From an uncultured archaeon (GTDB lineage Archaea; Iainarchaeota; Iainarchaeia; Iainarchaeales; 0-14-0-20-30-16): a stretch of 11,803 nt of DNA. The notes beneath the pieces were generated by a model. That model was not told where the DNA came from and did no database searches. It worked only from the letters and a program-made list of their open reading frames with translations. Each line of letters begins with the position of its first letter. Position 1 is the first letter of the stretch. A program made the translations under genes and the position numbers. The stretch lies in the NCBI GenBank assembly GCA_964595665.1, contig CAZQQS010000020.1:1-11803 (forward strand), written 5' to 3'. Shown here in pieces: positions 7,213-11,803 of this stretch.

Positions 7213-7905
7213 TTAATTTCGTTTATGCTTTATTTCTACCTTGTCTATTAAGCCATCTTTTATATAAATTATTTTATCAGCATAAATGGTTAAGTTTGGG
7301 TCGTGAGTAACTACCACAAAAGTTGTTTTTCGCTCATCTCTTAGTTTTTTTATTAATTGGATAATATTTGTTGCGTTTTTAGAATCTAAATTTCCAGTAG
7401 GCTCATCTGCAAAAACTATTTCAGGATTATTTATTAAAGCTCTTGCAATTGATACCCTTTGTCTTTCTCCTCCAGATAATTCATTTGGTTTATGTTTTAC
7501 TCTATTTTCTAAGCCAACTAATTTTAGAATTTCTAATGCTGTTTTTGTTTTCTTTTCAGAAGTATTATCGGGAATAGTTGGAATTAAAACATTTTCCAAA
7601 ACTGTTAAAGTAGGAATTAAATTAAAACTTTGAAATACAAATCCAAAGTAATATCGTCTAAAAACAGCTAAACTAAAATCATCTAATTCAGTTATATTTG
7701 TATTTTTTATAATAATATTTCCTTTTGAAGGTTTATCTAATGCTCCTAATAAATGTAATAATGTACTTTTTCCAGATCCCGAAGGACCTAAAATCATTGC
7801 AATTTCTCCTTTAGATATGGAAATATCTGCCTTTTTTAATGCCGGCACTTCAATTTTATCTAACATATAGATTTTTGCTAAATCTTGTGTTTTTATTATT
7901 TCCAT
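7213..7905 (-). CDS. MacB/LolD/FtsE-type ABC transporter ATP-binding protein
   Basis: Motifs present: Walker A GPSGSGKST, Q-loop FVFQSFNL, signature LSGGERQRVSIARAL, Walker B IVFADEPTGNLD and H-loop VVTHD. A GGTGAT RBS (complement of 7911-7916) lies inside the 3' end of padR. The gap between the padR stop and this ATG is 2 nt. Confidence 0.94.
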   Translation of the reverse strand: MEIIKTQDLAKIYMLDKIEVPALKKADISISKGEIAMILGPSGSGKSTLLHLLGALDKPSKGNIIIKNTNITELDDFSLAVFRRYYFGFVFQSFNLIPTLTVLENVLIPTIPDNTSEKKTKTALEILKLVGLENRVKHKPNELSGGERQRVSIARALINNPEIVFADEPTGNLDSKNATNIIQLIKKLRDERKTTFVVVTHDPNLTIYADKIIYIKDGLIDKVEIKHKRN

Positions 7906-7907
7906 TA

Positions 7908-8429
7908 TTAATCACCATATTTTTGATTTATTTTTTTTATGATTTCAAAAGAATTTTTTAAACTCTTTCTAAATTCTTCAATATCTTTTTTTGTTAATCT
8001 TTTTTTAGAATAATTTTTTAAAAAATTATAGGTATCTAAAATATATTCTTTAGTAATATCTCCAGATAATTTGTAATATAGTGTTTGTAACCTCATAAAT
8101 TCTTCTGGTTCTACAGAAATATTTAAACTTTTCCAAGCGTTTATTGCGTTTTTTTCAAATTCTTTTGCGCTTTTAGAAAAATTATCTAAATAATTCAAAC
8201 CTTCTTTAGTAATTGAATATTCTTTCTTTTTTCCAGTTTTTATTTTTATTTGTTTTTTTTCTAACAAATCTTCTAATGCAGGATAAATTGATCCAAAACT
8301 AGGTTTAAACGTATTTTGCGATAATTCAATTATTTTTTTTCGTATTCCATAAGTATGTAAAGGTGTTTCTTTAATTACCAACAATATTAAATATTTTAAT
8401 TTTCCTTTTAAGAATACACAATTGTCCAT
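7908..8429 (-). CDS. PadR-family transcriptional regulator (long subtype with C-terminal helical domain)
   Basis: The N-terminal winged-HTH matches the PadR pattern: LKGKLKYLILLVIKETPLHTYGIRKKIIELSQNTFKPSFGSIYPALEDLLEKKQIKIKTGKKKEYSITKEGLNYL. A helical C-terminal half of about 80 aa follows. A GAGTGA SD-like element lies 5 nt upstream of the ATG. Confidence 0.88.
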   Translation of the reverse strand: MDNCVFLKGKLKYLILLVIKETPLHTYGIRKKIIELSQNTFKPSFGSIYPALEDLLEKKQIKIKTGKKKEYSITKEGLNYLDNFSKSAKEFEKNAINAWKSLNISVEPEEFMRLQTLYYKLSGDITKEYILDTYNFLKNYSKKRLTKKDIEEFRKSLKNSFEIIKKINQKYGD

Positions 8430-8441
8430 ATTATCACTCGT

Positions 8442-8457
8442 TATAGATATATCTATA
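8442..8457. promoter_or_regulatory. perfect 16-bp palindrome TATAGATATATCTATA, candidate PadR operator
   Basis: The sequence was read directly and is its own reverse complement. It lies 13-28 nt upstream of the padR ATG, in the 84-bp spacer between the divergent padR-ATPase unit and the surface-protein/permease unit. PadR dimers bind inverted repeats. Confidence 0.45.
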
Positions 8458-8465
8458 CCGATATG

Positions 8466-8473
8466 TTTATAAA
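8466..8473. promoter_or_regulatory. palindromic TTTATAAA, candidate shared TATA box of the divergent padR / surface-protein promoters
   Basis: A transcription start about 26 nt to either side of the box centre would give a leader of about 14 nt carrying GAGTGA for padR. It would give a leader of about 18 nt carrying GGAGG (8502-8506) for the gene starting at 8514. This is a geometric argument only. Confidence 0.3.
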
Positions 8474-8513
8474 TTATTTGAATCTATTTATTTTATTGTT
8501 TGGAGGAATTATA

Positions 8514-9722
8514 ATGTTTAATTACAAATTCATTTTTATTATATTGTCAGTATTTTTGTTTAGTTCTGTATTTGCTGTTGCAGATTATGCGTATATTTTG
8601 AGATTGGATAGTTATTCTACTTATCCTACAACTATTTATCCTAATAGCGAAGTGAGTTTGAACTTAACTATGTCAAATATTTCTCAAGCAAATGATGCTG
8701 AAAATGTTACTTTTAAATTAATAAATAATAATTCTAATTTTGAAAGTCTTAAAGACAATGATTTTATAAATATTATAAAATTTAGTCAAACTGGAACGGG
8801 TGTTTTGAGATTTAAAGTAAATGCTAATACTCCTGGGGGTTATTATTCTTTACCTTATACCATAGAATATACAAATAATAATCAAAAATATACTATTGAT
8901 TCACAAGTAACTATTAATGTTTCTAATTATAGTAGATTAAATGTTGTTTTGGATGAATACCCTAAAGAAAATTTATATCTAAATGATGAAGTTAAAATTT
9001 CTGGAAGAGTTTTAAATGAAGGAAATACTACTTTAACTGGTGTTGATTTATTATTAAACTATTCTGCAAGAATTATTCCTTTAAGTGAAACAAGTTTGTT
9101 TTTGGAAGATTTAATGCCTGGAGAAAGTAAATACTTTGAGTTTAATTTTAAAATTCCTAAAACTACTGAACCAGGAATATACGATGTAAATGTTTTAGCT
9201 ACTGATGTTTCATTAAATAGTGATAATGAAAAATTATCTTTGATTATTGAAGATAAACCATATTTAATAATTTCTTCAATAAATAAATTGATTACTAATA
9301 ACGGTTTAATTTTATCTCAAGGTGATGATTTTTCTTTATCAATTCAATTAGAAAACATATCAAAATCTAAAGCTAAATCAGTATATGTAAAGATATTAAA
9401 TTTAGAAGAAATTAATTTTATTGGAAATGATATTGCATATTTAGGATCTATAGATTCTGAAGATACTGGTGCAGGAATTTTTGATTTAATAATTGGAAAT
9501 AAAACAAAGGTTGGAAATAATACTTTACAATTAGAAATTGTTTATTCTGATGAATATGATGTTGAACATAAAGATTACAAAGAGATTTCTTTATTGATTA
9601 ATAAAAAGAAAGCTTCTAATGCATGGGTTTCAATTTTAATATTATTATTGATTGCTGGAGGAATAGGATATTATTTTTATAGAAAGAATCAAAGGCACAA
9701 TAAAATTAAAAACATAAAGTAA
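8514..9722 (+). CDS. secreted, C-terminally membrane-anchored surface protein with three tandem beta-sandwich (CARDB / NEW3 / COG1361-like) modules
   Basis: I prefer the ATG at 8514 because GGAGG at 8502-8506 lies 7 nt upstream. This start yields a classic signal peptide, MFNYKFIFIILSVFLFSSVFAVA. The ATG at 8463 in the ORF track has no RBS and would put the TTTATAAA box inside the coding region. Three beta-rich modules of about 110-120 aa lie at about nt 8583-8927, 8931-9257 and 9258-9608. They show CARDB-like strings (e.g. VKISGRVLNEGNTTLTGVDLLL, LMPGESKYFEFNFKIP, PGIYDVNV) and at least 11 N-x-S/T sequons. A C-terminal TM helix AWVSILILLLIAGGIGYYFY is followed by a basic tail. The fold family is judged by eye only. 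Confidence 0.7.
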   Translation: MFNYKFIFIILSVFLFSSVFAVADYAYILRLDSYSTYPTTIYPNSEVSLNLTMSNISQANDAENVTFKLINNNSNFESLKDNDFINIIKFSQTGTGVLRFKVNANTPGGYYSLPYTIEYTNNNQKYTIDSQVTINVSNYSRLNVVLDEYPKENLYLNDEVKISGRVLNEGNTTLTGVDLLLNYSARIIPLSETSLFLEDLMPGESKYFEFNFKIPKTTEPGIYDVNVLATDVSLNSDNEKLSLIIEDKPYLIISSINKLITNNGLILSQGDDFSLSIQLENISKSKAKSVYVKILNLEEINFIGNDIAYLGSIDSEDTGAGIFDLIIGNKTKVGNNTLQLEIVYSDEYDVEHKDYKEISLLINKKKASNAWVSILILLLIAGGIGYYFYRKNQRHNKIKNIK

Positions 9723-9729
9723 ATATAAA

Positions 9730-9746
9730 ATTGGTGAATCTATGTC
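9730..9746 (+). repeat. direct repeat copy 1: ATTGGTGAATCTATGTC (RBS + ATG cassette)
   Basis: This is a 17/17 match to 9800-9816, 70 nt downstream. It contains a GGTGA Shine-Dalgarno, a 4-nt spacer and ATG. Confidence 0.9.
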
Positions 9747-9807
9747 AAAGTTATTAATTTATTTCATTAACAATCAAGAAATTAAAACATATAACAAAGA
9801 TTGGTGA
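9742..9807 (+). CDS. possible 21-codon upstream ORF (MSKLLIYFINNQEIKTYNKDW), or a relic of a duplicated permease 5' end
   Basis: The ORF has exactly the same RBS/start cassette as the permease. Its TGA stop (9805-9807) lies inside the permease GGTGA RBS, 4 nt before the permease ATG. The peptide aligns in register with the permease N-terminus (MSKLLIYFINN versus MSLVKVAFLNN). There is no evidence of translation. Confidence 0.25.
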   Translation: MSKLLIYFINNQEIKTYNKDW

Positions 9808-9816
9808 ATCTATGTC
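9800..9816 (+). repeat. direct repeat copy 2: ATTGGTGAATCTATGTC (functional RBS + ATG of the permease)
   Basis: Identical to 9730-9746. The ATG at 9812 opens the FtsX-type permease ORF. Confidence 0.9.
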
Positions 9817-10942
9817 TCTTGTTAAAGTTGCTTTTCTAAATAATTTCCGAAGATTAAGTCGAACTATGTTGGCTTTGTTGGGAATTATTATAGGAATAGG
9901 AGCTTTAATCTCTTTAGTTTCTGTTGTTGATGGTGTTTACAAGGAAGCATCTGAATCATTAGGTAGAATGCAAGGTTTAATGGTATTCAAGGGTTCAATG
10001 GGCCCAACTAATAGTTTAATGTCTACTTCTTATGAATCTAAGTTAAAATCCGTTCCTGGAGTTGATAAGGCTGTTCCATCTGTATTTAGTTCTATATCTA
10101 CAGTTGATGGCCAGAAAACAAGTTTTGGATTTAGTAGTTATGCTATTTGGGGTGTAAAACCAAGCGATTTTAAATATACTGTTTACAACTCTATTGAAGA
10201 TAATATAATTCAAGGAGATATGATAAAAGATACAGATGTGAAAATGATTTTAATTCCTAAAAAATTTGCTGATGATTATAAGAAAACTATTGGTTCGAAA
10301 GTTGTTTTAAATGATGTTAGTTTTAAAGTAAAAGGAATTTATGAAGTTAGTTCTATGGACAATGATATTGTTGCAAATATTGATGAAGTAATTAAAGAAT
10401 TTGATTTGCCTTCTGATCAAGTAAATTATTATAATATTGCTTTAATTAATCCCCAAGATGCAGCAAAAGTTAGAAATTTAATTAAATTTAAATTCGAAGA
10501 GCTAGAAGCATATAGTCAACAAGATACTTTAGAAATGGTTGGGGATTTATTAGGTAATTTACGTTTATTAGTAATAGTTGTTTCAATAATTGCAGCAATT
10601 GTTGCTGGTGTTGGGATAATTAATACAATGTTAATGTCTGTAATGGAAAGAACTAAAGAAATTGGTACTTTAAAAGCTGTTGGTTGGACTAATGGAAATG
10701 TAATGTTAATGATTTTATTAGAATCTTTATTTATTGGTATTATTGGTGGAGTTTTAGGAATTTTATTTGGATATTTTGGAGCATTTGTTTTAGGTTTAGC
10801 TTCTGGATTATCTGCGGTAGTAACATTATCTACAGTTATTTCAAGTTTTATTTTTGCAGTAGTAATTGGAGTTATAGGTGGATTATATCCTGCATATATT
10901 GCTTCAAGATTAGATCCTATTGAGGCATTAAGAAGTGAGTAA
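9812..10942 (+). CDS. MacB/FtsX-type ABC transporter permease (4-TM, large extracytoplasmic domain)
   Basis: The N-terminus (NFRRLSRTMLALLGIIIGIGALISLVSVV, TM1) is followed by an extracytoplasmic domain of about 210 aa. The FtsX domain then provides three TMs (LRLLVIVVSIIAAIVAGVGIINTMLMSVMERTKEIGTLKAVGW ...). The C-terminus is the family-typical LYPAYIASRLDPIEALRSE. A GGTGA RBS lies 4 nt upstream. Confidence 0.93.
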   Translation: MSLVKVAFLNNFRRLSRTMLALLGIIIGIGALISLVSVVDGVYKEASESLGRMQGLMVFKGSMGPTNSLMSTSYESKLKSVPGVDKAVPSVFSSISTVDGQKTSFGFSSYAIWGVKPSDFKYTVYNSIEDNIIQGDMIKDTDVKMILIPKKFADDYKKTIGSKVVLNDVSFKVKGIYEVSSMDNDIVANIDEVIKEFDLPSDQVNYYNIALINPQDAAKVRNLIKFKFEELEAYSQQDTLEMVGDLLGNLRLLVIVVSIIAAIVAGVGIINTMLMSVMERTKEIGTLKAVGWTNGNVMLMILLESLFIGIIGGVLGILFGYFGAFVLGLASGLSAVVTLSTVISSFIFAVVIGVIGGLYPAYIASRLDPIEALRSE

Positions 10943-11602
10943 TTAATTTGCCCATTTTAAAATTAATTTATAAAATAAAATTCTATCTTCTAATTTAGTT
11001 TTTCTTTTGTAAAGAATTTCTAATTTGTTTTTTGAGATTTCTTTTTGTAAAGCAATTTTTTTAATTATTTTTTCGCCTATGCCTTTATTTTTATATACTA
11101 TAGAAGTTTCAATAGTTTCAATTAGTTTTTTTCTATAATCTAAATCCTTAATAAAAGTTTCAACAACTTTGTTTATACTTTCATCCCCAATATATTCTAT
11201 AGGGATATTAATTTTTTTAAAATCATCTTTATAAGTTTTATCACTAATACTTTTGAATTTGTGTAACCAAAAAGTTTTATTAATAAATTTTTTGATTTTA
11301 TTATTTTCAATAAATGAATTTGCATCTTTTTCTACTTTTTCCCAACTTTGAATTTTATCTAATGTAGAATTATAATCCTCCATTATAGAATGCAATTCTT
11401 TTTTAATTATGTCTTTTGAAGGATATACAATTTTAAATAAAATATCTTTTTTGGCTTTAATTATTCCACCTTCATTAAGATATTTAGAAATACTCTCTTT
11501 TTCTATTAAAGATAGTTTCTTAATTTCTGAGAAATTCTCTAATTCACTTAAGGTATTAAATAAATCCATATAAGATAAAATCATAGTTATGCTTTTAAAC
11601 AT
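10943..11602 (-). CDS. hypothetical protein, up to 219 aa, Lys/Glu/Ile-rich, predicted helical and cytoplasmic
   Basis: A long ORF with no TM segment and no motif I recognise. The start is uncertain, with candidate ATGs at 11602, 11584 and 11569. A TTTAAAA box (11592-11599) is centred about 26 nt upstream of 11569, which would fit a leaderless MDLFNTLSELENF... N-terminus. Confidence 0.6.
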   Translation of the reverse strand: MFKSITMILSYMDLFNTLSELENFSEIKKLSLIEKESISKYLNEGGIIKAKKDILFKIVYPSKDIIKKELHSIMEDYNSTLDKIQSWEKVEKDANSFIENNKIKKFINKTFWLHKFKSISDKTYKDDFKKINIPIEYIGDESINKVVETFIKDLDYRKKLIETIETSIVYKNKGIGEKIIKKIALQKEISKNKLEILYKRKTKLEDRILFYKLILKWAN

Positions 11603-11630
11603 ATAAGCTATACTTTTATAAGGTGATAAA

Positions 11631-11803
11631 ATGGATAATAAGACAGGAATATTTACATATATGATTATAGGGGCAGTATTTTTAATTTTGGGTCTATTAT
11701 TGGCTCCAAAGGTTATTAATACTCAAGAATCTAATGAATTGTTTGTTAATGGTTATGCAAAAGCAAATGTTTTACCAAACGATGCTAAGATATACATAAC
11801 TTT
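11631..11803 (+). CDS. partial ORF (57 codons, runs off window): N-terminally membrane-anchored protein, possibly SIMPL/DUF541 family
   Basis: This ORF is not in the supplied track. GGTGA at 11622-11626 lies 4 nt upstream of the ATG at 11631. The translation is MDNKTGIFTYMIIGAVFLILGLLLAPKVINTQESNELFVNGYAKANVLPNDAKIYITF. A TM anchor is followed by V-x-G-x-A-x(5)-P-[DN]-x-A-x-I, which resembles the first strand pair of SIMPL proteins (compare E. coli YggE ..IVTSGTASVDAVPDIATLAIEV.., from memory). Confidence 0.45.
   Translation, partial: MDNKTGIFTYMIIGAVFLILGLLLAPKVINTQESNELFVNGYAKANVLPNDAKIYIT

Noticed and set aside
8463-8513. ATG 8463 as the start of the surface protein
   Set aside because: It has no RBS and would leave only 33 bp for two divergent promoters, placing the TTTATAAA box inside the coding sequence. 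The ATG at 8514 has GGAGG 7 nt upstream and yields a textbook signal peptide. The 17-residue extension cannot be fully excluded.
8451-9814. Recurrence of the hexamer ATCTAT (8451, 8482, 9738, 9808) as additional PadR half-sites
   Set aside because: A 6-mer of this composition is expected many times by chance in about 12 kb of AT-rich DNA. Only the 16-bp palindrome and the 17-nt direct repeat stand out.
1-11803. Alternative genetic code (TGA as sense), considered because of the extreme AT richness
   Set aside because: TGA terminates the ABC-2 ATPase at the expected length, 4 nt before the coupled permease start. All family-recognisable proteins are full length under the standard code.
1-11803. 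tRNA/rRNA/ncRNA genes, CRISPR arrays, IS elements, integrases or prophage remnants
   Set aside because: There is no G+C-rich island of the kind structured RNAs form in AT-rich archaeal genomes. There are no regularly spaced repeats, terminal inverted repeats or transposase/recombinase motifs. Non-coding space totals only a few hundred bases.

Overview
Very AT-rich (by eye about 25-30% G+C), tightly packed window that uses the standard genetic code. Gene content (RtcB, a Hel308/Hjm helicase with an HhH domain 5) and signal geometry (TATA-like boxes about 26 nt upstream of start codons, GGTGA/GGAGG ribosome-binding sites) point to an archaeon with a compact genome, possibly DPANN-like. The taxon is inference. 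I support 11 protein genes plus one partial ORF missing from the supplied track. On the + strand these are: rtcB (5' end cut by the window edge); an ABC-2 ATPase and a permease with a ~370-aa coiled-coil YhgE/Pip-like ectodomain; a secreted surface protein with three beta-sandwich modules and a C-terminal anchor; a 21-codon uORF; an FtsX/MacB-type permease; and the start of a SIMPL/DUF541-like protein. On the - strand these are: an orphan 256-aa protein; hel308 with a C-terminal PIP-box-like tail; a LolD/MacB-type ABC ATPase translationally coupled to a PadR regulator; and an orphan 219-aa helical protein. I saw no rRNA, tRNA, CRISPR array, transposase or integrase. The best candidate for an undescribed system is the PadR-controlled MacB/FtsX-type module at 7213-10942. 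Its ATPase and permease sit on opposite strands, and a three-domain Ig-like surface protein occupies the place of an adaptor. The module has a perfect 16-bp palindrome in its divergent control region and a duplicated RBS/start cassette in front of the permease. Secondary candidates are the Pip/EsaA-like coiled-coil ABC-2 exporter, which shares a symmetric 51-bp bidirectional promoter with the orphan 256-aa gene, and the exact TAATTA stop-to-stop abutment at all three convergent gene pairs. All family calls rest on motifs read by eye. No database search was possible.
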